Positions 50,057 through 61,735 of a DNA stretch of 64,000 bases are shown here, one piece after another. This stretch comes from Nemertoderma westbladi (lineage: Eukaryota > Animalia > Xenacoelomorpha): assembly GCA_032718475.1 (NCBI GenBank), contig JAUCBJ010007966.1, forward strand, positions 6,938-70,937. Direction: 5' to 3'. Within the stretch, counting starts at the first letter, position 1; each line of letters opens with the position of its first letter. The translations under genes were made by a program, and so were the position numbers. The notes beneath the pieces were generated by a model that saw only the letters and a list, made by a program, of their open reading frames with translations, did no database searches and was not told the DNA's origin.

Positions 50057-51511
50057 TCAATGGTGGTGCTGTTGTTGTCCATGATGGTTCGACATGGTAG
50101 GTTGGTGTGTGGGTGTGTCGGTGTGCATGTATTCTATATAATCATCTGTACTGTTCGTTTGCAGTTCATCAGTTGTTTTATTGTCATCCCAATGATGATA
50201 TGACCGGTGTTCTTTGAGATAGTGATCATTATTCAGTCGTCCATCGCTTCTCTCTCTTATACTATAATTGTCACTGTGATGTGCAGCCCATCCGTGATGA
50301 TTACTACCATATATGTCTTCGTAAGAAGTTGGATTTATTAGTGGTGTATGAGGATCATAATTAGGGTGGTGTGTGAATGTGTGGAACTCTCTCATATAAT
50401 GTTCAGTACCTGATAGGTGGAATATACTTTGGCGTGTGTACCATTCGGTGCACTTAATGCCACCAGGCCAGAAGGAGTCTGCCAGAACGGTAGGCAGAAG
50501 GTGGTTATCTATAATGATCTTGAAGTTCTTTATTTTATTATCGATTCGGCTGGATGATCTGTAGGCAGTGACATTTCGTTCTTGTAGGTAGTTGGTTATA
50601 TCATCATCTGTGTGTGACATATGAAGCCCGTTGATGAAAATGGCAGCTTTCTTGGTTCCACCTGGTTCAGCACAAAGCAGGTTGGTTTTCCTTTGAGTGG
50701 AGGTTCGAAAGTTGGATGAGTTGTTGTGAATGTTGGAAGTGACCTTGTTGGATTTGGCCGTGAGCAACGGCGGTTGATTTGGTACTTGTTTGCTTTGCAC
50801 GTGGGAAATTTCGGTATCAAGAACCGAAAACCGATTGTGTTGGTTGCTAGGCTTCATGGTTTTCCTAGACAGGTTTGTATCCACAGGCTTTGAGGTACTG
50901 CTTCTGTATTTCTTTCTATATACTGACTCGGTCCAACCTGAGTTGTTATTCTCTGAGTTCTCGGCAGCCTCGGAATCTGTGGAGCATGCTACTGAGTCAA
51001 TAGTTGTTAGGGAGCTAAATGAGTCATTGTGCTCACATTTTATGACATATGTTTCATTGATTCGGTTCATGGTAGCTGATGATCCTGATTGTAGGTTGTT
51101 AGACACCATGTTGTCGGTGAACACATTGTCCATACGTGAATGTTGTTGTGTTTGGCAACCAGATGATTCGACTTTGTGCTCCAATAAGAGACGACAGTGG
51201 CGCTCACGAGTAAGCTCTTCTACAATGTTGTCATAATTCCCCTTTAGAGCGTCGTATTTATTTTCCATTTGACAGAGGCGTGTTTGAATTACTGCAATAG
51301 TATTGATCAGGTCCTGACGCAAGCATTCAATGGATTGCGTATTATCTGAGTATTCGGCATCTAGCGTTAAACGTTTCTTACAGGGTTCTGTAAATATCCC
51401 ATCTTCTTTACAGCAGTAGAGTTCGTATATGTCATGTGCAAGTTCACCAGCTGCAGAACGGGTACGAAGTTGCAACCTTGCACAGTTTTGAACTACATTA
51501 TTAGGTGACAA
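50057..51511 (-). CDS. LINE ORF1 (coiled coil + RRM-like domain)
   Basis: 484 open codons directly upstream of the endonuclease. Heptad-like segment, NRFSVL motif, and IFINGL...FKI.I......DSFWPGGIKCTEW typical of invertebrate LINE ORF1. Confidence 0.75.
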   Translation of the reverse strand: MSPNNVVQNCARLQLRTRSAAGELAHDIYELYCCKEDGIFTEPCKKRLTLDAEYSDNTQSIECLRQDLINTIAVIQTRLCQMENKYDALKGNYDNIVEELTRERHCRLLLEHKVESSGCQTQQHSRMDNVFTDNMVSNNLQSGSSATMNRINETYVIKCEHNDSFSSLTTIDSVACSTDSEAAENSENNNSGWTESVYRKKYRSSTSKPVDTNLSRKTMKPSNQHNRFSVLDTEISHVQSKQVPNQPPLLTAKSNKVTSNIHNNSSNFRTSTQRKTNLLCAEPGGTKKAAIFINGLHMSHTDDDITNYLQERNVTAYRSSSRIDNKIKNFKIIIDNHLLPTVLADSFWPGGIKCTEWYTRQSIFHLSGTEHYMREFHTFTHHPNYDPHTPLINPTSYEDIYGSNHHGWAAHHSDNYSIRERSDGRLNNDHYLKEHRSYHHWDDNKTTDELQTNSTDDYIEYMHTDTPTHQPTMSNHHGQQQHHH

Positions 51512-51830
51512 TGGCTATGCTCTTTCGGAAATTTGCATTGTTCCATTTCTGAAACTAGGAAATCCTGAGAGGAGTTTTATATTCGCGTGCATAATTTGGT
51601 CAGTTAAAGCGGTGGTTTTACTGTCTCTGTAGCGTGTTAAGAATATCCCTTGAGCGACTTGTAATTACCGCTTGCTTTCACAACCAAGCGAAGATATTTT
51701 GGGGCCCAGGCACGTTTGATGATTTGAAGAAGACGGCAACGTACCTGTACCAGTTCCAATACATTCCAGCACATATATAAGAAAATGGGTGGGAAAAAGA
51801 GAAAAGAAGTGGTTGATTCATGACCTACTA

Positions 51831-54496
51831 TAGATGCGACCCGCCAAGCTGCTACAAAGCCCCTAAATTTAGTGGGCCAGTTATTTCTCTTAGATAGAAT
51901 CCCTGAAACAATAGGTCTAGCGCGTCGAAAGTACTTGGCCCTAACTAAAATTACGTCCTCTTTCAGAGGAGACAAATAAAAATGTAATAGCTCCCGTAGT
52001 TTTCGAGATATGAGGAGTTCCTGGCACCCATAACATATCAACACTTTTCGCAATTGATAAAATTACACAAAATACATCACCCTTCAAAGACTTTGGTATA
52101 ACCATACTATGCTTTTTTGTTTTGTTGAATTCATTACTAGTAATCGAAAGCAAGATTAGAAGCAACATTTTAATTTTTTTAAATAGATACTAAAAGATCA
52201 CCAAAAGTGCAAATAGAACGTTTTTCAAAAGTGGTAAATTTACCCTATAGTTTGGCTAGAGAAGGTTTTAGAATTGTGCTGATCTCATTGGGAAGGTTTA
52301 TTCCTCTACATCAAACATATCGAAGAGTTGTGTAATATAACAGCATAGGCATGTTGTTATTTATATTAGTTATTAGTCAGTTATTTGTGCCCCCTGGAGG
52401 ACGAAAAAAACAAGTACTGGAAATATGATAATGAAAAATCACCTCAAAATCAATTTGATTTTATGACCATATATGATTTTTGGGATGCTGATCACGAATA
52501 TGACACTGAAAAATATCCAACCTTGTTGATTACTTTTGGATACGTGTCAATATGCGGCACGAAAACTACAAGTAACACAAATTTGATAACAAAAATCATA
52601 ACCAAATCAATATAATTTTATGACATTATGGGTTTTCAGGGATGCTGATCACGAATATGACACTCGACAATATCGTATTATCCAACCAAATTCGATTTTT
52701 GCAGTTTGAAATTTTATCTTACTTGTATTTTTCGCCCCACTAGACCAACACAAAAAATGATAGTTGCGTTACCACGAATGATTTCTAGCGAGTTGTAACG
52801 ATATTGATATGATATTGATATTGCGGTAGTAACTAGTAACTGAATATGAATCTCTTAATTCCGCATCAAACACTTAGTAGAGTTAGAGTAGAGTAATATA
52901 AATTATCACATCAGTTCCTGAAATCATTAAACGACACTATTTTCCAGGACATGGTGTAGTTAAGTAGTAACCATACTCCATTATATATCAATAATTATTG
53001 CAGTTAATAAAAATTCCCCTAAATAATATCAGTCCCTCATTATATTGAAGTCGTAATATTAATTCATCGTAGCATATCTATGAATTATGTATCAATAACC
53101 TTTGTTTATTAAATCTAAGATGCGAACACTATTAATAAGGACGCATTGTCTTACTTGAGATACTCCGAAAGGGCCGATATGTCCTCGAGGGATTCAGATA
53201 GGAGTCCCGCTGGTTTAGGAGGGTAGCGTTATGGTTCTTAAAGAATACCCCCCCCCCCCCCCCCCCCCCAACCCCAAGTCCAGCAGTAGTAGCTTCATCT
53301 CTACATCAGATAAAAAAAAACAAATTTTACTCTCCTTCATGAATTTCGATGGACGACGGACCGTAATATTCTTTTTACTGGCGGTCTTCGAGGAGTTTGA
53401 GGCAATCTGCACACTGAAGTCGGAACAGATTCCGGTGATTCGTTGAACATGAAGAGCATCTTTTGATAAAGATGGCCGATTTTAGTTACTGAATATATCG
53501 CCCGTCGAAATGTACAAATGTTAGTGAAGGCCCTGTAGAAGAACCCTGACGAGTCGAACTAAGTGCCACTGTAGACCGAGCGTGCGAGCGGCATCCATAC
53601 CCATACACACAGCAGTTTCCAACTATAACTGCTACTGCCTGCATACAGATTCAGATACAGTTCTATGTCCAGACCAAGATTAGGCCCCCGCGGCGCCGTG
53701 GCTGCCAGCCCGCTAGAGGTGATAATAACTATTCAAATAAACTGACGTAATCAAGTAATGTAATAATGATAAGGCATTGATGCCTAACAGCATAATGCAG
53801 TCAGCAGTAATGGAATGCCTAACGTGCAAGTGATGCAGTACAACAGTCCGAGTGCAGCAGTGCAATGCAAATACCACATACAGAACAATACACTGCATTA
53901 CCGAACCAGTACCAGAGTACTGAAGTACTGAAATAGAAGTGCACTGGATGGCACTTAGAATTTTCGACTGACAAATTGGCCATTTTTTAAAATGCCACAA
54001 TTTTGTAAACCTTGCCAATGAAATCAGCACATTCTAAAACCCCAGTAGCCAAACTATACGGCCAAATTACCACTTTTGGATATTTGAAAATTTCGAGCTA
54101 CTTGTAATTTTGGTGCTCTTTTAGTGTCTATTAAAAAATAAGCAATGAAGATTTTATTCGAATTTCGCTTTCGATTACAAATAATGAATTCGACCAACCA
54201 AAAAAATCATAGTATGGTTTAATGGTTATACCCAAGTCTTTGAAGGGTGATGAATTTTGAGTAATTTTATCAATTTCGAAAGGTGCTGATATAGTATGGG
54301 TGCCAGGAACTCCCCATATCTCGAAAACTACTGGAGCTATTACATTTTTATTTGTCTCATCTGAAAGAGGACATAATTTTAGTTAGGGACAAGTACTTTC
54401 GACGCGCTAGACGTATTGTTTCAGGGATTCTAACTAAGAGAAATGACTGGCCCACTAAATTTAGGGGCTTTGTAGCAGCTTGGCGGGTCGCATCTA
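51831..54496. mobile_element. 2.67-kb non-autonomous DNA transposon with ~430-bp terminal inverted repeats, flanked by TA
   Basis: TAGATGCGACCCGCCAAGCTGCTACAAAGCCCCTAAATTTAGTGGGCCAG at 51831 is the reverse complement of the sequence ending at 54496; similarity extends to about 52260 / 54045. No transposase ORF seen. Confidence 0.88.
52395..52740. mobile_element. Possible small MITE nested in the TIR element
   Basis: Imperfect inverted ends GGAGGACGAAAAAAACAAGTA / TACTTGTATTTTTCGCCCC; internal duplicate GGGATGCTGATCACGAATATGACACT. Confidence 0.4.
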
Positions 54497-54756
54497 TATG
54501 CACACACGAATTTAGGGAGTTGCAGTTTACCCTTCTTAGGTAAGCCGATTATAATGCCGAGCCAGCATAAAGGATAACAATTGAGTCCGCCGCTAAATAT
54601 AAGGTTAAATAAGACAATGTAGATATGGATGTATCAAAGGTAACTGCGTTTTCACAGTTTGCGCTTGGAGGCCATCCGCAGAGCTGCTGGAGTTTTTCAT
54701 TGTATTAGATAGAAGCACTTTGTATCTCTTCAGCCGTTATTTCATGGTCTGTAGAT

Positions 54757-54947
54757 TGATGTAATAGATATAACTATACTGTGCGGTGACGGGTATACAT
54801 AACAGGCCATGCCTATATATTATATATTATTAAGTATAGTGCTGCTACCGGTACACAATATACTATGTCACTCTAAGTCTGAGATGAGTAATATACGTCT
54901 GGATGTCCCAGTCTAGTCCTGTAGTCAGCATACATTTGATTACACCA
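54757..54947 (+). repeat. Putative 5' LTR of the Gypsy element
   Basis: TGATGTAA...TTACACCA near-inverted termini, internal TATA-rich tract, directly followed by the PBS. No 3' LTR in the window to confirm the boundary. Confidence 0.55.
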
Positions 54948-54964
54948 TGGCGCAAGTGTGTAGG
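54948..54964 (+). promoter_or_regulatory. Primer binding site, tRNA-Ser-like
   Basis: TGGCGCAAGTGTGTAGG immediately after ...CA; resembles TGGCGCAG..GGTAGG Ser-type PBS sequences. Confidence 0.55.
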
Positions 54965-55272
54965 CCTGATACCTACTGTAATATACAAATAAAGGAATAC
55001 CAGTAGTTATTCGATGGAAACCTACCTACATGTAAATTCACTGCTCTGCATACAATTGCTACAATATGCAGGAACTATGCTGAAATACAAAAATACTGGG
55101 CTGTAATACCGGTCCGTATCATACAGTCATACGGTGTGTTGGTGACCAGGCTGCCAGGGCTAATCTGCTAATGGCGTAATACAGTAATATAACCGTATAA
55201 AGAATCACTGAATACCGGAATAGTGTATACACTGTACAGCTGTAGCCTAAGTGCCTAGGCCTATACGCTAAT

Positions 55273-57099
55273 ATGGATGCATCTGCAACTGAATTAAAAC
55301 AAGTAAAGAAAAGTCATATTGGGTTTAAATCTTATTTTACCCGATGTGTTAACTTATGTAATGCTAGTATACATAGTATTGACCAGCAACGAGTTTCTGA
55401 CCGATCAAATCTGATGATCGATGACCTATTTGAACAATTTGGAAAAATAAAGATCGCTTATGAAAAATTAAATGAGTCACTTCTTAAATTAGAAGAATTC
55501 CCAGAAGATTGTTCTAATGAACAGGATCATTTCGACCAATGTACACAAGAAATGATGGATTTACGAACTAAGGTTGGTATTATAATGAATACTGCCAGTA
55601 CAGAAACTCTAACACATTCAGCCAACACACCTACCGGTAATAATTTTATTGGTGTTCAGAGCCTACCTAAGGACAATGCTCCTAGGGCTCCAGTAAATAA
55701 GCCACCCTGTTTGGATGATGATTTAGATATAAAATCATTTAATCGTTGGCGTAAATCTTGGAATAATTATTCCAAAGTTGTGCAGCTAAATAAACAGCCA
55801 AGGGATGAACAGGTATCTGCATTTTTTGGTTATTGCACCCCAGCATTGCTATCCAAACTCGAACATGCTGTTCACATTCCACAGGAGACAAACTTACAAT
55901 TAGATGCAGTTTTAGGTGAATTAGAAAATTATCTAAGAAGTAAGCAGAATCTATCATTAGACAGACTAGAATTAACACTCTGTCGCCAAGTTGAAGGCGA
56001 AAATTTTGACGATTACTACACTCGTCTATGTGAAATTGCTAGTACAGCAGGCTTAAGAGACATGACCGAAGACGAGTGGATGTCTACCCTGGTAACAGTC
56101 GGTATCCAAAACGAAGAAATTCGTCAAGATTTGCTTGCAAAGTCACCCCCATTAGATCATGATGGTACCGTGAAGTTTTGCAGAACTGAAGAGGCAGCAA
56201 GGGTACACCGTGCTAAAGTTAAGCGTGTATTGTCAAGCGGCTCAAATAATTTTAGCACTGTTGCAGCCACAAGTTCTGCTACTGGGCAACATAGAAAAGG
56301 CCGGAGTAATCAACGCTATTTTAACCAAGGAGGTCGAAATCGTAGCTACTCCAAGGGAAGAAATAAATCCCCTAACCCAGTCAGTAATCGCTCCGGATCT
56401 TGTTACCGTTGCGGCAACCCTCGCCATGAAAAGGGTATCAAATTCTGTCCTGCAATGGAAAGAACATGTAATAAGTGTTTAAAAAAAGGACATTTTGCTT
56501 CTGTTTGCCACACAAAGGAATCGAAGATACAGTCGTCTTCTGCATCTGTTCATGCTGCCACAGTAGGGGATGAATCAGAATCACCTACAGTATCCGTTGT
56601 CATAGTTGACCCAAAGAGAGATAAATTTCTCGGATATTGCAGTGCTGTTGCAGATACTGGTTCAGGATATTCAGTTGCGGGTCCAAAATTTCTGAATTTA
56701 ATGGGTTTATGCTTTGATGACCTTGCAGCACCATCATTGACTGATGAGCTTGTCAGTATTAATGAACAATGTTTAGTGCAAATTGGGGAAATTGATCTCT
56801 CCATCCAGTTAGATGGCAGAGAGGTCACTGATAAAATCGTAATCTGCGAAGACATTCTTAAATTATATATGTCACTTCATGCTTGTAAGGTGTTGGATAT
56901 TGTATCCGAAAGTTTCCCTTACCCCCCACCATTAAAAAAACGTATCCCCATTGCTGGGATATTTGGTGTGCACAATGATACTGATACAACCCAGAGAAAC
57001 CCTGTTATGGACACAGAGTTTATGGAAGATTGGCTAAATAATCTTCCAGTTGAACCAACTAATGTTCAAAAATCCATTACAGAAAAAAACTATAATTAA
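55273..57099 (+). CDS. gag: Gypsy Gag + aspartic protease
   Basis: Q..GE.FDDYYTRL; double zinc knuckle CYRCG...H.....CPA....CNKC.KKGHFASVC; protease ADTGS. Confidence 0.9.
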   Translation: MDASATELKQVKKSHIGFKSYFTRCVNLCNASIHSIDQQRVSDRSNLMIDDLFEQFGKIKIAYEKLNESLLKLEEFPEDCSNEQDHFDQCTQEMMDLRTKVGIIMNTASTETLTHSANTPTGNNFIGVQSLPKDNAPRAPVNKPPCLDDDLDIKSFNRWRKSWNNYSKVVQLNKQPRDEQVSAFFGYCTPALLSKLEHAVHIPQETNLQLDAVLGELENYLRSKQNLSLDRLELTLCRQVEGENFDDYYTRLCEIASTAGLRDMTEDEWMSTLVTVGIQNEEIRQDLLAKSPPLDHDGTVKFCRTEEAARVHRAKVKRVLSSGSNNFSTVAATSSATGQHRKGRSNQRYFNQGGRNRSYSKGRNKSPNPVSNRSGSCYRCGNPRHEKGIKFCPAMERTCNKCLKKGHFASVCHTKESKIQSSSASVHAATVGDESESPTVSVVIVDPKRDKFLGYCSAVADTGSGYSVAGPKFLNLMGLCFDDLAAPSLTDELVSINEQCLVQIGEIDLSIQLDGREVTDKIVICEDILKLYMSLHACKVLDIVSESFPYPPPLKKRIPIAGIFGVHNDTDTTQRNPVMDTEFMEDWLNNLPVEPTNVQKSITEKNYN

Positions 57100-59530
57100 A
57101 TTATATAATGATGTGTTCCAAATAGAGAATGAACTGCCTGCGATGCACATCCCAGATATGGATGATGCAATGGTGATTCATCTTAAAGAAAATGCCATTG
57201 CTTATGCTGTCCATGGAGCAAGGCCAATTCCATTCGCTCAACGTAATGCAGTAAAAGAGGAATTGGATAGGTTAGTCAAAATGAAAGTTATTGTTCCAGT
57301 TGGAGACAAACCAACAAATTGGTGCCACCCTTTAGTTATCGTCCATAAACCTGATAACACAATTAGAATTTGCGCGGATTTAACACATTTAAATAACCAG
57401 GTTGAACGTATTGTACACCCAATTTGGACACCTAGTGATGTTGTCATGAATATCAAAAGTGGTGCAAAGTGGTTCACAAAAATGGACGCTAAGAGTGGAT
57501 ACTGGCAAATGCCATTACACCCAGATTCACAACATTTAACATGTTTTATTACACCATGGGGTCGCTACATGTACCTTCGATCACCCATGGGATTTATTAG
57601 TACAGGCGATGCATACAGTCTGAGAGGAGATATTGCTTTGGATGGAATACTAAATACCCACAAAATAGTGGATGATATTTTGGTTTACAGTCATGAGTTT
57701 AAGGATCACGTACGAACTGTCTGTAAAATTTTGGACAGGTGTTTAAAACATAAAATCACACTTAACTGTAAGAAGTTTGAATTCGCAAAGGACGAATTGA
57801 AATTTGCTGGTTTTATTTTGACCAATGATGGAATTAAAGCAGACCCTGATAAGATCAAAGCTATAACGTCATTTCCGGTTCCAACTAACCGCACAGAGTT
57901 GCGCTCCTTTATGGGATTAGTACAACAATTGGCTCAATTCTCCAATGAAATTAGTAAAACAGCAGCTCCACTTCGTGATATTCTGAAAATTAGAAATGAA
58001 TTCAGTTGGACAACTAATCATGAATTGGCCTTTAAAGCTATAAAATCAGCACTTACTTCACCACCAATTTTGGCAAATTATGACCCAAACGCAGAAACCA
58101 GTCTCCAAACTGATGCATCACGCAAAAACGGCATTGGATTTGCACTATTGCAAAAATTTGATGATGAATGGAAGCTAATACAATGTGGATCACGTTTTTT
58201 ATCTGATGCAGAAAGTAGATATGCAATGATAGAATTGGAAGCCCTTGCTATTGTTTGGGCAACAAAGAAATCACACCTCTACCTTGCTGGACTTCCAACA
58301 TATTCCGTAGTAACTGACCACCGCCCATTAGTCACGATTTTCAACAAATACACCCTGGACATGATTGATAATGTAAAACTGCAAAATTATAAAATGCAAC
58401 TTAGCGCATACCAATTTAAGGTCATATGGCGTAAAGGTACTGAACATAATATACCTGATGCATTATCAAGAGCTCCAGTAGACGACCCTGTTAAGGAAGA
58501 CTCAACAGTGGATAATGACCAAGCAGCAACACGAAGAGTAATTAGACTCGCTGCTATCAATGTTGTTTCTGATGATAACATTAAAATTTATGATCCTAAA
58601 CCACTAATTGATCCAGTTATTGAGAAACTTCGACATATAGCAAAAACGGACGAAAATTATTCATCATTAGTTAATGCAATTGAATCAGGATTTCAAAACC
58701 CTGAAAAATACTCTCAATATATTTTAATGTTTAAGAAAATTTGGGACCAACTAACCACAGATGATGGAATAATATTATTCGGTAAACGTTTAATCATACC
58801 ACAAGCTATGCGAAAAGAAGTAATGGCTAGATTACATGATTCCCACCAAGGGATCGAGAGAACTAAGCGACGTGCCAGAGAAGCTGTTTACTGGCCTGGA
58901 ATAAATAATGATCTAACAATTGTAGTGAAATTATGCACTAAATGTCAAGTTCGTTTACCAAGTAACCCAAAAGAACCACTGATCAAGGATCCTTTACCAA
59001 GCCGAGTGTTTGAATCAGTTTCCACTGACTTGTTTCAGTATGGTGGATCCCATTACTTAACATATGTTGATCGTCTCTCCGGGTTTCCATTTATAACTAG
59101 TTGGCGTTATACTCCGACATCCCAGGATGTCAAATGCGCAATTCGCAAATATTTTGTACAAACTGGAGTACCTGTACGTCTACGATCGGATGGAGGTCCG
59201 CAATATAGCGCCAAATTATTCCAAGAATTCTTAAATATATGGGGCGTTTCATGGATCGCATCAACGCCACACTATCCCCAATCAAACGGATTCGCTGAAG
59301 TAACAGTCAAAACCCTAAAAAATCTAGTTGCCAAAACCAATGGTAACATCGGTTCTGACGAATTTTTACGTGCCCTACTCGAACTACGCAATACCCCGAG
59401 AATAGACGGTCGGTCACCTGCGGTCATTTTATATGGGCACCCCCTACGTTCCCAAGTTCCCGCCCATTACCGCAGTTTCTCGCCATCTTGGCAACGATCC
59501 GCTTCCAAGGCTAATGAAGTAGCTGTGTAA
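57050..59530 (+). CDS. pol: Gypsy Pol (RT, RNase H, integrase core; C-terminus missing)
   Basis: IRICADL, DAKSGYWQ, IVDDIL; TDAS, ELEALA, TDHRPL, DALSR; H..HQG...YWP...C..C; DLF, SDGGPQY, PQSNGFAE. Confidence 0.93.
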   Translation: MNQLMFKNPLQKKTIIKLYNDVFQIENELPAMHIPDMDDAMVIHLKENAIAYAVHGARPIPFAQRNAVKEELDRLVKMKVIVPVGDKPTNWCHPLVIVHKPDNTIRICADLTHLNNQVERIVHPIWTPSDVVMNIKSGAKWFTKMDAKSGYWQMPLHPDSQHLTCFITPWGRYMYLRSPMGFISTGDAYSLRGDIALDGILNTHKIVDDILVYSHEFKDHVRTVCKILDRCLKHKITLNCKKFEFAKDELKFAGFILTNDGIKADPDKIKAITSFPVPTNRTELRSFMGLVQQLAQFSNEISKTAAPLRDILKIRNEFSWTTNHELAFKAIKSALTSPPILANYDPNAETSLQTDASRKNGIGFALLQKFDDEWKLIQCGSRFLSDAESRYAMIELEALAIVWATKKSHLYLAGLPTYSVVTDHRPLVTIFNKYTLDMIDNVKLQNYKMQLSAYQFKVIWRKGTEHNIPDALSRAPVDDPVKEDSTVDNDQAATRRVIRLAAINVVSDDNIKIYDPKPLIDPVIEKLRHIAKTDENYSSLVNAIESGFQNPEKYSQYILMFKKIWDQLTTDDGIILFGKRLIIPQAMRKEVMARLHDSHQGIERTKRRAREAVYWPGINNDLTIVVKLCTKCQVRLPSNPKEPLIKDPLPSRVFESVSTDLFQYGGSHYLTYVDRLSGFPFITSWRYTPTSQDVKCAIRKYFVQTGVPVRLRSDGGPQYSAKLFQEFLNIWGVSWIASTPHYPQSNGFAEVTVKTLKNLVAKTNGNIGSDEFLRALLELRNTPRIDGRSPAVILYGHPLRSQVPAHYRSFSPSWQRSASKANEVAV

Positions 59531-61189
59531 AAGCTTTTGTGGGATAACTGATACGTTTGCCTTTGCTGGCCAGTTCCCCCCCCGGCGCTGGAATACTCTA
59601 AAAGGGTTCTCTGACTGTATATATATTCCCCTCGCCCGCAAGGTACCGTTACAGGTGTTTTAACGGACATAAAAGCCATTCTGCTATATACGTGTTTTAG
59701 CGGACATGGTAAGGCAAAAAACCTGTAATGCACCAACTACCTTTCACAGCTTAGCCGTGATGATTCATATTACGACATCTAACAGCTGGTTGCGGACATG
59801 GAAACAGCCATTGGACGCATAGTTCTTTGTTTGGCTTGAGCCAATCAGAGCGATTTTTCCTGTCGACGTGTAGCTTTTCAGCCGATTATAAGGAGAGTGT
59901 TCAGTCTTACTGTTTTTACTTGATACTTTGTTGTTATTGCTGTCTAAGCCAGAAACACCGGCCTTTTAGTAAGAACTATAGTAAACTGCTTGAATTATCG
60001 AAAGTATAAACTGTTACCTAACTTAACGAACTCATTAACTTAATTAACATACTCACTTAATTTAATTGCATTAATCATATTGTTTTTACTGTTATTTTAC
60101 CGTCAGTTATTAATTGTACCTATTTGTTGATGGAAATATTGCTATTTGGATAATACGGATAAATCACCCAATTCCCAATTTTCTTGATAACACTACAGGT
60201 TAGAGAGACCGGCTATACATAACAATTGCGATTTATATTAATGTGGTGTGTATTGAATCTAATGTTATTTAGTAGACACTACCTGAGTCAAGTGCTGTTC
60301 TCTTTATGTGTGATCAAATATACTGACGGTCGGCAGAATAGTGTGCATGATTGTGAGTGTGATGTGACTGGTAACAAAGCATTTCCTAAAGAATGCGACT
60401 TATACTTTAATCATAAGCCTTATCGTTGCGTTTAGTATAAGTCCTAGCTCTGTTTAAATAGATAGAGCGCCACGTCCTAAAGGAACTGTTAATATTTCCC
60501 GAAAGTTAATAATATCTGTCAGAAATTACATATTAGTGATCTATCGAATAATACAATAGGTTTACACTGCAACCTTACACTGCAATAATAAAATCTAAGC
60601 ATCCGAATTCAGCCTCCCGGGTGTAGATCCATCGAGTGAATGATCGCGCATGGGCTGGCTTCGGCTAATGTTTTGTTTATTAGCATAAAATATTGTCGTA
60701 TGCTAAAGGTGTGTTAATTAACTAAAAGACATATAAATTTTGGCAGGTTAAACTGCTAAAGGTCTTCAAAAGCGCGAACAGTAACAGTTTATAATCTTAT
60801 TGCAGTAAGCAATAAGGTTGCAAGTGTAGGCATTAAATACAGTAAAATACTGTTCTGTCGAACAGTAACAGTTTACAATCTTATTGCAGTAGGCAATAAG
60901 GTTGCAAAATACCGTAGTGACCGGTAAAACTGAACCGGTACTTTGTAGGTCAGTAGGCCTAACTGTCATCACCGGTACCGGTACTGCTGTACAAGTACAT
61001 TTAGTATTATTCGATTTTGATTATTGTATACCGGTAGGCTGTTTAAGAGATTAGGGACTGTACACCCCTTGTTTCTTTTGGAGCTTACTTATTTCTGTCA
61101 GTTTTATTTCCTAGTAAGTTAATATTGAGCTGAAGACGTGTAAGTCTGCTCAGATTGTTCAGATAATTGTAGGCTGAGCTGCTGTCTGA

Positions 61190-61735
61190 CTGTGGTTGGG
61201 TCTGGAGAGATTACGGCGTGTGTAGAGTTTGTCTGATAAAGTGCCGTTAGTAAGTTGGGGCAGTCATAACTGTAAGGTCAATCCCCTCTTAAAGAGTAAG
61301 TCGTACTACCGTGTTAGCACGCATACTAACTAACAGTTTCAGAGTCTGCATATACTGTAGTTTATCTAGGCTTGATCGTAGTCTGCCAGTGTTTTAGCCT
61401 GTGTTTGTTTGTGTGGTCTGTTCAGGTACCGTAATAGTTATTACTCAAATATTTGTAGGCTGGATTGTTGTCTAGCTATTTTTGGGTCTGAAGGGATTGC
61501 TGCGTGTGTAGAGTTGGTCTGATCAAGTGCCGTTAGTAAGTTGGGGCAGTCATAACTGTAAGGTCAATCCCCTCTTAAAGAGTAAGTCGTACTACCGTGT
61601 TAGCACGCATACTAACTAACAGTTTCAGAATCTGCACATACAGTAGTTTGTTTAGGCTTGATAGTAGTCTGCCAGCGTTTGGTTTGTATTTGTTTGAGTA
61701 TTCTGTACGGGTAGCGTAATATTTATTATTCAGAG
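61190..61735. repeat. Two tandem ~286-bp diverged direct repeats
   Basis: GTGCCGTTAGTAAGTTGGGGCAGTCATAACTGTAAGG...AACAGTTTCAGA occurs at 61241 and 61527. Confidence 0.88.

Larger units (their letters stand above)
47038..51511 (-). mobile_element. Two-ORF non-LTR retrotransposon (APE-type LINE, possibly RTE-X-like), degenerate; true ends not resolved
   Basis: ORF1 followed by endonuclease and RT ORF fragments on the same strand. Clade is an inference from QEHWL and LTVEHL motifs. Confidence 0.88.
54757..59530 (+). mobile_element. Ty3/Gypsy LTR retrotransposon (Mag-like), 3'-interrupted
   Basis: Order LTR-PBS-gag-PR-RT-RH-IN. Confidence 0.93.

Noticed and set aside
51637-52168. Transposase ORFs in the TIR
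   Set aside because: Short frames without DDE motifs, mirrored in the opposite TIR (54352..54543) only because of the inverted repeat.
57075-57099. Programmed -1 frameshift at A AAA AAC between Gypsy ORFs
   Set aside because: Joining the ORFs needs +1, not -1. Removing one A from the A7 run gives a continuous EKTIIKLYNDVF, so a homopolymer indel (mutation or sequencing error) is more likely.
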